DNA from: Raillietiella orientalis
Lineage: Eukaryota
Assembly (NCBI GenBank): GCA_036172245.1
Contig: JAYWIR010000008.1
Coordinates: forward strand, 2,232,001 to 2,296,000
DNA: 64,000 bases
Direction of reading: 5' to 3'
Shown: piece by piece, positions 11,120 through 24,244 of the stretch
How the letters are laid out: every line of letters starts with the position of its first letter
How positions within the stretch are numbered: position 1 is the stretch's first letter
Program-made: the position numbers and the translations under genes
The notes under the pieces: generated by a model
Told to the model about the DNA's origin: nothing
The model's input: the letters and a program-made list of their open reading frames with translations, nothing else
Database searches by the model: none

Positions 11120-13000
11120 ACCGTTGCCAACCTGGGAGGATCTCCTGCCCTGTCTCCGCTGTACAAGGCAGCCTAGCATCCATCCCAACTTCATCAAGCG
11201 AGATGTCTCACGTGAAAGATGCGGTTGTCCAGCCTCCTCCTATGAACCACAGACCCATCCAATCTGTTGCATCGGCTCCTTCCACCAGCTCCAGCGTCGC
11301 TTCCGAGAGCATTTGGGATGGATGCCATGGCGGAAACCACGTGCTCCATCTAGAAAAGGTCTTACGAACCTCCTTGCTGCTTGTGCCATTCACGAAGATA
11401 TGACCTTAGGCAAACTCGCTGGGGCGGGAATTCTGGGATCTCCTCATCCGCAAAGAGATTTTGGAGGCGGAAATCTAGTCGGAAAGCTTTTTTCAGCAAG
11501 TGGCTTCTCCTTGGAAGCGTCTCAAAAACACGAGTGATCCCCGGTGTTTATTGGGGGGGGGGGTTGCAAGACGAGCCCCTGCGGGTAGACGGAAGCAGAT
11601 CGATTCCAGGCAGCAGGAGCGACAGTGGCATGAAATGATCTGTGAGCGCTCATGTATGGGTTTGCGGACATCTAGCTTCCTTCCTGGAGGAAAACAAGAA
11701 AGGGGAAACGCGCAAATTTACGAGCTTGCGTTGACTGATCCATGCAACAATCCTCTCCCTTCCTGTTCCTTTTTTTTTTTTTTTTTTTGGCGAGTTTCCG
11801 CGAAGATGCCTTGGCAGCATCTGAGAGATTGGAGCGCCTGCTTGAATCCCTGTTTTCCCTTTTTACCTTCCTTTCCTTGAAACCCGCCGAGCAGTAAATG
11901 GTCCGCGGTTTTCTCGGAATGGAAGATCCCTCTCCCGGTCCTGGCGCTCCAAGGAATCCTCCCGCTTCTGCTTTTCCTTGTTTTCACTTTTCTTGTTTGG
12001 GGCAAGCGGGCGCTCAAGGCGACGATTTCGCCTTTCGATTGCTCCAGGCTCTTTCCCTTTTAGTGAGCGTCTCGCGTCTCCGTGGCAGCCCCGTTCGTGG
12101 AAGTCTCGCGGTGCTTGCCAAGCCGACAATCATGGTGGACGAGCGGTTTTTTCCTCGCCGGTGGATTCGTGTCGAGATGCGGAGGTGGGTGGAGCGTTGG
12201 AGCAGAAAAGGGACGTCCGGGATGGGAGAGAACCGTCCTCTCCCCACCTCGTTGGATGCAGGCAGCGCGACGCGCTGAGACGCAGTGGCTACATCCAGAG
12301 GGACTGGGAGAAAAAGGATGCGCACAGGGGGTTGAGCGTTCTCATCGCAGATTCCGTCCCGTTCCTCCTATGTCTTGACACATAGGTTGGAGTGTCCTCT
12401 CCCTTCGGGATCGTGACTCTGTCGACGAGGGACACGTCGCTGCTCCATCCCGACGTGTGAGAACAGAGCTCCCGGAGAAAGTTTTTATTTGCACTTTGTT
12501 ATTGTGCAGCGCAAACGATGACACGAAGCAGATTCCTCTTGGAGGGCTCCGTTGTCTTAGAGCAAACACGGAGGTCACACACAAAGCCAGCGTCTTCCAG
12601 GGGAGCGTTCCGTTCTTTCTCAGCTTTGATGCCAAGCACGGATGCCTCGTTTCGTTCCCCCTCGAGTCATTTTTATTGCATCCTCGACCGCCCGCGCAGA
12701 CGCCTCGCATCCTCGTCTGCATCAAATTCTGCCTCGTCTCACTGCTCTGCATCCACTTCGGAGGCTCTCAGTCTTTGGTCCAGGGCTGGAAGCGCGCCCA
12801 GAGAAACGAAAGCGCGAAAATCTCACGACTGAAAAGGAGACAGGAAAAAAATATCTTCTTGTTTCGCTCCACGCGTCTCCGACCACGCGCCCGCCATGAT
12901 TCTCAGAGCGGACGGTCTGGAACTTTCCAAGCATCTCCCAGTGTTTCTCGCGAAAGGATCACCGAAGCGGGAAGTACCGCCGTGACAAACACCTTCCTTT
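11120..13000 (-). mobile_element. Old LINE ORF2 remnant: APE endonuclease and linker
   Basis: Degenerate motifs in expected order across frames: EDIFFL, FVSSFALHNN, RIHRRGKNRSST..ASTARLPR (for SRLDR), TADHLL (for SDH), EKSFPTRF, DISLDEV. Confidence 0.55.
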
Positions 13001-13899
13001 GCTCCTTTCCCGCCTCTCGTCACCCGCAGCTCCGCGGAATCCGAAAGATGGCCCTCAGGTGCGGTTGCTTCTTCGTGTCTGGCCGCCGGCTCCGGAATCA
13101 GAGAGAGGACGGGGCCGAGCGCTCGGTAGTCTTGGAGACTTCGGCTCACGCGGCAGTTCGGATTTTGGGGGGTTCTCCGATGGGTGGAAAGGGAGCGCGA
13201 ATCCCTCTGGATCCCGCGCTGAGTCCAGGCTTTCCGAGCCGACGCTGAGGATCCATGGGCGTCCTGGTCGGCGGGTTGTACGACGGAGTCCTCTCGAAGG
13301 AGTGCCGGACACGTCCGAACGAAGAGACCAGTCCAGTTACCTTTCGAAGCAGGCGCTGGCAGTAAATCAAGAACCACTTACCGGGCACGGCGGAAAGGGA
13401 GGCGGTCCTAAGGGAGCCGAATTCCGATAGGGTCTCTCGCCAAGGTGAATCGGCGATGCCAAAGTCTTTCCTCCACGTTCACATGGACACGCCCCGTGTG
13501 ACTCCCAATGACTTAAAGCAGCAATTCCACACGCGTACGCACACAAGGAAAAATAACACGAAAAAGCAAGAAATGGAAAAAAAAACTTTTTCCTATCGAA
13601 CAAATGCTGATGCTAGATGGACAAAAACCTCCATTTTGAGGATAAAAAAAAAAAAAAAAACAATGAAAGACGATGAAAACAAAATTAAGCACATTGTAAG
13701 AGGGGAAAGAACAACGTGCACAACACACATAAAGCAAACAAGCAAAAGTGCCCAACACGAACCGATCACTGGCCGCTAAGGGAGACTCCTGGGGAGTAAG
13801 GATGGACACTGCCAGTCCACGGTACGGATGCTGAAAGTGGATAACCGAAATTCGAACATAGGGCCAATGAGAATAAGTCAGAAAGAAAGGGTGCAAAGG

Positions 13900-15760
13900 T
13901 CGGTGCAAACAAGATGGATCTATAGCACTTTCCAACCTCCTCATGGTGAGGATGGTCGAGAAGGTCACTCTTGAAGATGTTCTTCAAGTTTCTGCAACAT
14001 TCTCAACTTACTGTCCACTGATAGCCTCATGTTCTATATACTCCCTTGCATCAGAGGCGCCAACTGGCCCCTGTTCCGGTAGATGTCACGCCACCATCCA
14101 TCTTTGGGATCTTTTTCGCTGCTTCTCAGGGTTTCAAGGACCTTGGAGAATGCGAAGCACTGCAAGGAGCCCTCGACCCTGCCAACCACAGTCAATAGCA
14201 TTTCTTCACGGTCACTCTGGGAGAACCTCAAGTCTCCTATCCCTTCTCGGATGCAGAAGGCAGCTCAGAATTCATCTCAACTTTATCGAGCGAGCTCATC
14301 TCTAGTGGAACGTGCGGTTGCGCAAGATGCATGCCTTCCTTTTCTAAATCGCAGCTGCTGCGTCATTTCCTTCCTCCACGGAAAAGAGTTCTCCTCTGGG
14401 CATCGTCTCGAGACACCGGGCTCGTGAAAAGTGCGTCATTCATTGGACCCCAACATGGAGGCGATCCAATTCGAAAGGCGTGTGCACCCTGGGTTGCGGG
14501 TACTTCCGGGAGTGCTGCCAAGCAAAGTCGCTATGCGTCGATCCCCCCCCCCCCCGAATCCTGGTGATGCTGAAAGCTTGCTTCCTCCTTCTCAAACGGG
14601 CAGGAAGCATTCAGAACCCCCGAGGCGGGCTTCCCCTCTGCGGCACGAAAACCGGGAGGCCGCAGAGCGGAACGCGTCCTTATGATGGCAGCTTCCATCC
14701 TGCCGAGGTGGTTGCAGCGCCGCGTAGCCTCTCTGCTGTGGCATCGCTCCTAGCCTCGCACAGGGTAGTGCGCCTGACGCCAGTGGTCCAGTGCACGTGA
14801 AGGCAAAACCTCATCTCAGAACACACAGCATCGGCACCAACGATCTGCTCAAGGTCTTCTGGGCATGCCTCGCATCGGAAGCAGATTGAACCTCGCCGCG
14901 CAGAGGGAGAGGTAGTCAGCGGAGCGAAGAGAATCTCCGGGAGTAATGACGTAGCCTGAAGAGCAGCGAAGACCCCGCGCACGGCTTCGACACGATCAAG
15001 GTGATTCTTAACAGGCCGCCGCCAGGAGCGCTCCCGCCGAGCAGCACGAAGAGTCTATGGGGACCGCCCTTCTCCCCTTTCCGTAGTGAGCGCGGAAATT
15101 GGGAACTTCTCGCTCACCGTCCAAGACCGGCCGGCAGGCTTCTGTACGGGAGGAAGCCTGTCTCCCCGAGGTCCATATGTCTCCGCTGGTGCGTGCAAAT
15201 CTGCCGGGTAAGAACTTACCCAGGTCCTCTTTCGAAGGTGGTTAGAGGTTCTTTTTTTTTTTATAATCACCACCCGGAGAGATTCCATGGAGAGTCCGAG
15301 GATTGCTGCGAGGCCAAAGACTCGAAGCGCCATCCACGATGAAGGTTTGTCTTTATCAGGCAGCCGCATCAGACCCAAGCAGCCCTTCTTCCTGTCTTCC
15401 TAGAGGCATCCGCCGGCTTCCATCTCTTAAAGACGTAGCTGAGCCTCTTTTACCATCTGACGAATTCCTCTGTCCACTATCTTCCAGCCACCGTTTGGAT
15501 GCGTCCGCAGCCTTGCGGAACGTACCAGACTGGTGAGGGAAAATGTCCTCTTGGACCACAAGCAGCACGCGGCCACCAAGATCGTTGGACCACCACCACG
15601 GAGGGCCAGCCCAGAGGAAGCAGTGCCTTGCGGGAGGCGAATTTTTCCGCCCCTCGGGCAATCCAGCGCGCCCGGCGCCATTTGGCCGCCCCTAGAAGCG
15701 TGGGGCAACCACCCTCAGGGAGTTTCAGGGGAAGGAGTAGGTGAGTGGGCGGCACTCGGC
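13900..15760 (-). mobile_element. Old LINE ORF2 remnant: APE, linker and start of RT
   Basis: VLLVVQED, NHLDRV, SADYLSL, GWKL, SSLDKV, TFSTILTMRRL. 14250-14330 is similar to 11160-11235. Confidence 0.5.
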
Positions 15761-15919
15761 TGCCACCTCTTCGCCGCTCCGCTTCCGGAGGGAGTGCCGT
15801 AAGCGCGGAGTCGAAGCATTCTCTCAACCTTCGAGAAGATTTCTTCCTTGTACGGGTGGATCCCGAACAGCCTCCCAAAGTGCTTGCAGGTCCCGGTAGT
15901 CCCATCATACAAAGGAAGA

Positions 15920-16460
15920 GTCTAGTAGCCCATACACATTAATATGTGTCGATTGTAGCATTATCAGGAATGAGAACAAATTTGGGGTAGGTAATTCTTC
16001 CTTTGTATGACAATCATCAATAAAACCATCTCAAAGATATGGTTTATTTTTTTTCACATAATATTCGATTGTTTCTAACAGAGACTTTCTGCATAGAATG
16101 TAAAACTATCTATAATTCAGCCTTTTGATTTCTTTCGGTAATTTGATATTCCGAAACAATGTTTTTATGAATTTCTCTATCGGTTGTTTTGGTAAGGAGA
16201 GATCAGTGGAAGACATCAACTTCGATCCAAGTACTGTGCGAACAGCCTTGTGTACATTGTTCTTATCCCTGCTGACAGAAATGATAAAGACAAGTCCATC
16301 TATGTCAAGCATGTACTCAACAGATTCCAGAAAACCAATGAAAAAAATCTAGGACGGCATATATCAAGGTCATCCGCCATTATATAAATGTTTTTGTCTT
16401 CTCTAATTCTTTTGCTAGTTGTATTTTCAAATCTTTGATATTTTCTTTTCTTCTTTCTCT
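15920..16460 (-). pseudogene. Frameshifted fragment of a KAP-family P-loop NTPase, bacterial-like (candidate endosymbiont-derived insertion)
   Basis: Joining frames gives KNIYIMADDLDICRP/FIGFLESVEYMLDIDGLVFIISVSRD...AVRTVLG...DLSLPKQPIEKFIKTLF.../KEELPTPNLFSFLIML. This resembles the KAP Walker-B motif hhhhDDLDRCxP and the downstream hFhhxx motif. Intronless and AT-rich within GC-rich flanks. Confidence 0.72.
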
Positions 16461-17278
16461 CGGACATTGGTCCCTTGCGAACCTCCAGTTGCAAAGAGAG
16501 AGCTTCCCAGAATAGAATAAACAGGAGCGTTTTGAGGAGTTGGAGATGAGCTCAGCGCGCTGCTGAAGACTTTGGGAAGGACAGGGGTGCGAGGAAGGCA
16601 CGAAACCACTCCGGACTACACTGCACCATTCCGTTGGGAGTGGAGCTGAGCAACCAGGTTGACCCAACGCGCGCGGATGCGGGGGTGCATCCACTGACAT
16701 CTCGACCAGACTCGCGGCTCCTCTGCCGCCGAGAGTGGAATTTGATAGGGAGGAAGGAGATCCGTCGGTGGTCAAGGAAGATACCGGCTCGCGCCCATGC
16801 TTTCTAGCAGGAAGTTGAGGAACAGATCCGGGGAACAGTCGAGGAAGCCAGTATCCCTCCCGCTGATCGCACCGGGCACCCACGGCATCCGGCATTTCGA
16901 GCGCACGCGCTCAGATGCAGCTTCTCGCTGCTACTCTCTTCTGGGAAGGAAGCAGAAACGCAGATTGAATCCCTCAGGCTTTGGGAGGCAAAAGATGGCC
17001 TTGGAGATTCCGTGCCAATCGACCACGGACGCTTTGCTTTCGGGTCAGCCCGGGAGCCTCCGCTTCGATCACGGCAGCCGTCATGCCCTCTCATTTCCAG
17101 GAAACTCCAAGCTTTGTCCTTCGGAGAGCGCGCTGGCGCATCAGAGCGCCAAAAGGCACGGAGAAACCTCGTCAGACCACCGACCACCGAATCCACGCCG
17201 CGATGGAAGCGGCGACGTTGTCAGAGAAGGTGGTCCAGAACAACACTCTCGAAAAAGAACGAATTGGCCTGCGCTGCT

Positions 17279-18170
17279 GGCCGTGCAGCTGAGGTCTCCG
17301 CACGCGGGTGGTACCACGTGTCGCGGGTTCGGATTCCGTCCAGGGAAGGAAGGATCGACGGTCAGAACAAGGGGTGCGTCGTCTGCTTCGGCCCCCCTCC
17401 CCCGCAAGATGGCGGTGGTTGACCCACGCGCTTTGGTTGACACCCGGTCACGCCGGGACATTTATTTATAAAATAAACATACAGATCAGTGGCAGGAAGT
17501 TTGATCCCGCCAGAAGAAACCTGCCGAAATCTGACACGCAGGCCAGCAGGGTTCGTCTCGGTAGCACAGGGGAAGGAGAGACAAACAAAAAGAAAAAAAA
17601 AGGTCACGGACTTTGGTGAAATTCGGAAACCCCCGGATGCCCCCGTTGACTGGCCAGGATTGGAAGCTGCTTCTCCAGGGTCCTTCCTGGACATCAAGGA
17701 GCGCCGATTCCCTTCGAGATTTCCCTTCGGTTGTGAAAAGAGAGCCCTACCATCCAGCGGGTTGATGCCCTTTAGAGAAATTAGGAAGCGTCCCTTCGGA
17801 GCTCTCTTCAGGGGACCAACAGGGAGCGGATTCCTTTCGGGTTTCCCTCGAGAAGAAACGAGGAGCGACCCCCACAAAACGGGGGTCCCTCCAGAGAGAA
17901 TAAAGGAGAGATGATTCCCCTTGGGGGTTTCCTTCGGGTTTCCCTCCCCAGGTGTGAGAGGAATGGTCTCCTTTCCTTCCGGAGCCCTTCTTGGATTCAT
18001 AGGATGGTCCCATCGGGATTACCTCTCCCTAACTTGAAGAGTTGCATGCCCACTCAGGTGACGTGGGCAGTGCTGAAGAGCTCGTGCCCCTTCCCCCCAT
18101 CCTTTCCGAGGGGGCGACCGGTTCTTCAGCACTTGGCGAGGCAAAAAAACTGGAAAATAAAATAAAAAAA
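17279..18170 (+). mobile_element. tRNA-derived SINE, copy S2, interrupted by an antisense LINE 3' fragment at 17438-17604
   Basis: B-box-like GGGTTCGGATTCC at 17325. The body resumes at 17605 and ends GTTCTTCAGCACTT...AAAAAAA. Confidence 0.75.
17438..17604 (-). mobile_element. Family T LINE, 3' UTR-only fragment inserted in SINE S2
   Basis: T-rich tract, CTGCGT-loop hairpin, AATAAATGTCCCGGCGTGACCGGGTG end. TSD CACG(CG/GA)CTTTGGT at 17425-17437 and 17605-17617. Confidence 0.75.
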
Positions 18171-18479
18171 TCTGGAAGGAAAACAGTGAAAACAGAAGAA
18201 CCCATAGGGATTTCCATCCCCTTGGACCAAGAGCAGCGATTCCTAGTAAGGCCGCCATTGGCTTTTTTAGAAAAAGAAGAGGAAAAAAAGGGAAGAGTAA
18301 GGTTCCACCAGAAGCCACGAGAGGGTGCAACTCAAGGGGTAGTGAAGAGAGCTCTTCGATCACCCATCCTTCGTGTGCTGTGCCGCCACCACAGCAACCT
18401 CCACTCAAATTCCTTCCTTGGATTCCTGTGCGATTCCGCTGCTGCTTCAGGTGGCTTAGGAACGCTTCCGTTGTAACCC

Positions 18480-19190
18480 AGTCACACCTGCTTCCCAAAT
18501 CTCAGCGTGTTCTGAACTCCGGGCCCATCATTTTATCCTTGGGATCAAGGGGAAGAGGATGCTCCTGCGACGTGGGAGGCGACCTGCCTCATCTCCAGGG
18601 TCGCCGATGCTGCTGGCCAGTGGCAAATGTCGTCCAGCGAAAAGGACCACCCCAAAACTTCGAGTTTAGGGTCCTCCAAAAGATAGATGGGTTCTCTAGG
18701 GATTTCTGTGAAGAACTTGTGGATCCCTTGCTTCCTGCACGAGGCATCCGTCCTCCCTCTTCGGTGCCAAATTCCGACATCTTGCTGGTGCACTGGGAAC
18801 TTCCTCGAAGCGAGGAACGCCACCACGACTCAGTGGAGAGAGACTGCCTAGGGAATGTCCCCATTTCAGGACAGTGGAAAAACTCCCGCAGGTACTGCTG
18901 GAATGCGGGAAGCTGCGTCAAGGATCGCCGAAACACCAAGGTTCGACGGTGCCGCCCTGAAGACCTCTTCAGGGAGACCTCCATGTCTCCAGCTTGCCTG
19001 CTGCCTCCTCTCCCACGATTCCCTACCACGTACGGACAACAATAACTGCCAAAACGGAGGGAGGAGGAATTCGGCCTATATTCCGGCTAACCGTTGACAA
19101 TCACCATCGCTTCCTACATGAGAAGGGTGGAGAAATGACCCAATCCGAGAAGGTAGGTACGAGGAATCCGTGGAGTGTTTATGGGCAGGG
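18480..19190 (-). mobile_element. Old LINE RT-domain remnant
   Basis: AMVIVNG, a degenerate QG/SP region, VAFLASRKFPVH and KLEVLGWSF in RT subdomain order. Confidence 0.45.
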
Positions 19191-19759
19191 ATAGGGGAGG
19201 TGAGCTGCCGAACCTGTGGGCAGACTGACCCGACGCCGGTGAACGCACCTTTCACCCTCTTCCGTCCATCCCATGTCCTATGCAGACCCTCGGGAAGCAA
19301 GTGGAATACCGCGAAGCCCGCCCATCCCATTCCTTATTCATCTATATATTTATTCGTTCCCCTTCCTTCAATCCCTCCTTTTTTCCCTATTTATCTTCCC
19401 TGCAAGGTTGGTCCCTTCGGGTTCGGGCTGACACATGTTGACCTATCCCTGTCTACGACCGTAGAATTTAATTTCTTCATTTTAAATAAACGGTCCACCT
19501 ATCCGGAATGAGAATGACATGCTGGAACATTTATCGGAAACAATAAAGCAAAGAAAATAATATATTGTGGACCCAGTTCCCAAAGAAAAAAAAAACGAGG
19601 TCCGTGGGAGAAGTTCAGAGACACGCAGGTGGGTTGCTGCGGCGGCAGTCCGGGGCGGAAGGAAGCAAGACAATAAATAAATAAATAAGACGTAGGATGG
19701 GGACAGGCGTCTCTGGCAATGCCCTCTCTTCTCGCCGAAGACCGACGAGAAGAATGCCG

Positions 19760-21420
19760 TCTCGCCTTCGACTCACCCTCTTCTTCCAGGCGGGGCCACT
19801 ACGCAGCCGTCCTCACGTGGGCGGCAGCCTCCTTTCTCTGCACCCGAGACCCAAGCACGTGGCGGGCGGCGACGATGGCGCGGATGCAGCCCGGCGCTGC
19901 AAGCTCGGAGCCCGTCGGGACTCCACCTTTCGCACGGAGTATCCCCGCAGCAAGTCCTTGGCCGCGTTTTCCTGGTGCCGGAGCGCTGAAGACAGTCTTC
20001 GCCCAAATTCCTGGATGTGCCCTCAGTGTCCAGTAACACGGGCAGGAACGATTCCGCCGCCCCGCGCCTCAGAAAGATCGGGGACTCAACTCTCCCGGAG
20101 ACGAGGTGTCGGCACTGGACACACGAGAAACCCCAGTTCAGAAACAGCACTACCTCGTGCCTTGGCTTCAAAGGGAGCAGCGGAGGATTCCCACACAAGG
20201 AAGAGACCAGGGGTTTCTCCTAACAGATACCGGTCAAGCAAACCACCGGCTACGCGAGACTTTGTTCCTGGCGTGGCGGCGCAGACGCATCGTGTCCATA
20301 TGCGGACTGGAGCTCTGAAGAGCGACCAAGCTGACCAGGACCAACAACTGGATTTTCTGCCGGCCTGCGAACGATAGTGCCTGGTTGCAGGAAACCATTC
20401 TCACATGGGCCAAGAACAACGAAGCGATCTCGGAGATGCGGCAGCGGCTGCTCCACTCCTACAACAAACGCTCGCTGCAGGATGTCATCGTACAGCCCAA
20501 CACGTGTGCGTGAACAGAAAGGACCTCCTTAGCCGCGGCACTGGCCTCGCTCAGAGAACAACTGGCTAGTAACCAGCTGACCAAATGGGGAGGGAGGTCA
20601 GTTGCGAAATCATTCAGAAGACGAGGGAACTAGGTGGTTGGACCACGGGCCAGCTCACGGACGCTGCGACCCCAAGAACCCCACCGAAAGGATTATTGCT
20701 GCTGGGAGTTCCACAGTAAGACCTGCCGTGGTCCCCAGCGCTGAAGAACAATCGGGCCCTCCCCCTGAAGTGGCAGGAGTCGGCACTTCCGGTGTTGCTT
20801 TGGGCCTCCCGTGCAACGTCCGCCGCTCTCACTAAATATGGGGGACTGTGGACTCCAAGTGCTGCAGATGCGGGATACGAGAAGGCCTCCCTCACCTGCT
20901 TGTAGACTGTGTTGTCCTCCGGCCCCTGTGGTTGCGTTACGCAAAGGCCCTTGGTGCACCGACGGACAATGCCAGGGACGTGATGAAGTGCCTCTTCGTG
21001 CGCGATGCCCTTTCGTCCGGCGCATCCTCAGCAGCTCTTTGCTGCCTAAGTGGGATTGTGGCTGCCTGGAGCTACGCGAGAGGAGGACGGCACGATAGGG
21101 ACGTCATCTGCTTCCCCCTGCGCTTCCTGTAGACGGCAGCAAGATGGCTCCACCTGGGTCATACTCAGTGGTTTGCCACGGTATCCTAGAAAGGATACAG
21201 AGGACGTTCTCCAACACCCGGTGATTCCCTCCCAATTTTTTTGTGTATATTTTTTTGTTTTGTTTTTATTTTTGTTTTCCCACTTCCCCTTGGCTGACAA
21301 GGAGAACCTCGCCGGTCTGCGTGCGGGTTACTCGGCTGCAAGCATGTGGAGGGTCCATGGTCCTACACATGCTTGTTTATTATTTTTTATAATAAACGTC
21401 CCGGCGTGACCGAATGATAA
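19760..21420 (+). mobile_element. Family T LINE, degenerate thumb-to-3' end
   Basis: Collinear with 24897-26478 (WLQETILTWA vs WLQKTVRTWA; CCRCGIREGLPHLLVDCVVLRPLW). 3' end AATAAACGTCCCGGCGTGACCG. 5' boundary approximate. Confidence 0.75.
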
Positions 21421-21449
21421 ACCTAACATTCCCCCCACGGAAGGAGTCC

Positions 21450-23750
21450 CTTGGCCCGACAACGCAAAGTGGTAGCACCACCAGGATGGACCACTCTTCA
21501 CTTTGCCTTCCAGCCACCGATTTGTTTGGTCTCTTCTGCGACGATGCGGAGACTCCCTCCTCGTAGGTTGACAACTGTCATTATTTGCCCCTACTGTCAT
21601 TATTTGACGGCGTTGCGGCCAGGAGGACTATGTGCAGTCCTGCAGGACACTTCCCAGAGCAAAGTTTGGGAGATACCGCAGTTCCTCTGGACGCATTTCC
21701 AGGGTGATAACCCAGATCACATCTGCCTCTTACCGACACTCCTTTCACTTCATCAGGTGGCAGAAGATTCAACGGTGGACTTCCAGGAGCGAGACCGGTT
21801 GCCTCAGAGGGAAGCCAATTCCTAGCAACCTGCATCAGTAGCACTGCAGCCTTCGCTGCCGAAGTACCGAGGGGTGAAGCGCGCAGAAACACACCGCGGC
21901 GAGCTGCACAGTAGGACACAAAAGTGTCAGTTGTCGGAACGGCACCTGCAGTCCGATCTCTTCCAGAGTTCAAGATGACCAAACCAGCATCCCGACGCGG
22001 CGCTGCAGTCGTTGGATTCAAATCGATCGCTCCCCGCAAAGCAGGACTCACCCTTCAAGCGTCTTCCATCGTTCCCCGCGGTTCCCAGCGGGCTGGCGGC
22101 CAAGTTATTAGACTATTTGGACACTTAGAGGCTTCCGACCAGGAGGTTGTGAAACACTCCGTTCTAAGGACACATTTGCATACGTTTGTGTCCTCGTGGT
22201 GTTTGTGTTGATGTTCCTTCCGGTGTTGGGAAACCAATGAACCAATGGAAGCCAAGGGAACACGCGCACACATTTGAGACTGAGGGCCCAAGATCTCGTT
22301 GCAGAAGCCCCATGCTCGAAATATCTGTCTTTGAGATCCTGTTTTCGTGTCTCGAGCAATGTCTTCTGCAGAAGGTTGTTTTTCGAAGCACCTGAAACAA
22401 ACAATGGCGAGCAAAGATGCGTTTTCATTTCCTCGCTCGTCCCTGTTGGATCGTGCAGAGGTTGGCATCGTGAACAACAACTGGATGCAATCCTGTGCCT
22501 GCTCTCCCGTTTGCTGCTCCCGACAGCCCGCCTCCCTCATCCCTGCAGGCTTCGCTTTCGGCAGCAGCTCCTCCTGACTTTGCTGGTCGGCGACGTTCCC
22601 GCACCTCATGACGGTTTTTTTTTTATTTTCAACAGGCCTTCGGCGACGCTGTTTGCCATCATCAGTCTACTCCTTGATGACAGCTCCCCTTCTCATCATA
22701 AGCCTGGCTGTAATGAAGCAGGGAAGTTGCATCCAGACTGGAACTGGTTGTTATGGAATGACGCCATCTCCTTTCAACAACCATCTCACTTTCTCTTCTT
22801 CTGCCCTTTGGTTTGCCTGTGCACATTCAGTGACTGTTGAAAAGTCTAAGAGGAGCACTTCAGTTCCCTCCTAGCTGCACAGAAGTTCTTTTTTTGGTTC
22901 CTGGACTACTGCTTCCGTTTTGCCCCACCCTGGATTCCCACATAATGAAATGAAAAGAAGTTGTCCTGTATATCCAGTGGGTACACCCGGATTTTCACAG
23001 CACAGAGCCGATCGCCAATGGCACCGGCTTCCATGCTGCGAAGTTTGCGCTTATCTTTGACAGTGTGTGGTCGGTGATAATCCTCAGTGGCTGAAGAGCC
23101 GTCATTGTTGGATGTCTAGTAGTTTGGGAGCAGTAAAGGGATGGAATAGGCAGTGAATCGAAGAATTTCAAAGGAACATAGCATGCTTGAGGATGCAGTG
23201 CTCCAGGGATGTATCCTGGAAACGTCGGACGGCCTGTGATGGAATAGCTCGCAGCTGCGGGAAGGGCTGGAGGGAAGAGAAAGACGGAGAAGGTGGTAGA
23301 AACCTCCTCTTCGATGTGATCATCTCTTCAGGCTATTTGCCGGATATTCCGACTCACTGATATTCTCGGTCCATTTGCGGATCTGTTCTCTTGTGAGAGG
23401 AATCTTCCTTGGAATTTCTTGACTTTCTTGCTGAAGAGCATCCGGTGGAGGGCATTTCTACAGCACCTCAGCCACTTGGGCGCGTCAATCACTAGCTCTC
23501 AGAGACCCAAAGAAGCTGATGAGTCCTTCCGCCCTAACTCTCACATATCGATCCAGAGATAGATGTTTCGCACATCAAGTCCACAGCCGACCGATCCCCT
23601 TTCACACGCAAAAGTCTTCTGTCTTTCAGCCTTCGGATGGAAGACGCACGAGATTAGTGCTGATGGAATCTCCCGCCACCTTTTCAAAGTCATCCACCAT
23701 GCGCTCACCGACGATGTTGCAGTTAGCATGAAGCAGTACCGTACGAAAGC
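21450..23750 (-). mobile_element. Old LINE 5' remnant: ORF1 zinc knuckle followed by APE
   Basis: GYTGQLLFISLCGNPGW (~22975-22925, Tx1 ORF1 Y-GQ-CCHC-like), LLETRK, LRGAIDLN (for GGDxN), RCDLGY. Confidence 0.45.
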
Positions 23751-24244
23751 ATCACGTCAATTCGAGGGAGTCGGTGAAGCAAGGGAGTGAGAGGTGAGGA
23801 CACGTCGAGGAATTTGGCCAAAGTTCGCTTGGAATTTTCCTCAAAGACCAGAAAACAAGATGGCCGAAAATTTCAAGCAACCCAGCAGAATCAGAACATG
23901 AACAATAAACGAACAATTTTCGACAACACGACGACCAGCCAAAAGGTCAGTAAAGCAAAAGCACGTATGGAAAGACAATAATAAAGAATACATGAAAAGG
24001 CACGACACAGAGTGCACCGCAGCAAAGGGCACGTGGAACGAGCACGAAAGCACAAAGTGCACGACACCGAACGACCATTCCATTCTGATTCGAACTTCGT
24101 TTCAACCATAAAGCTGATGAGGACAGACTGACTTCGTGGGTTAAGCAAGAGTCAGTCCGCTATTTTTTCGGTCTTCTCTCCTTTCGCTATACTGAAGACG
24201 CAAATCCGTCATACTGTATAGTCTTCCTGTCCGTTAAAGTCGGC

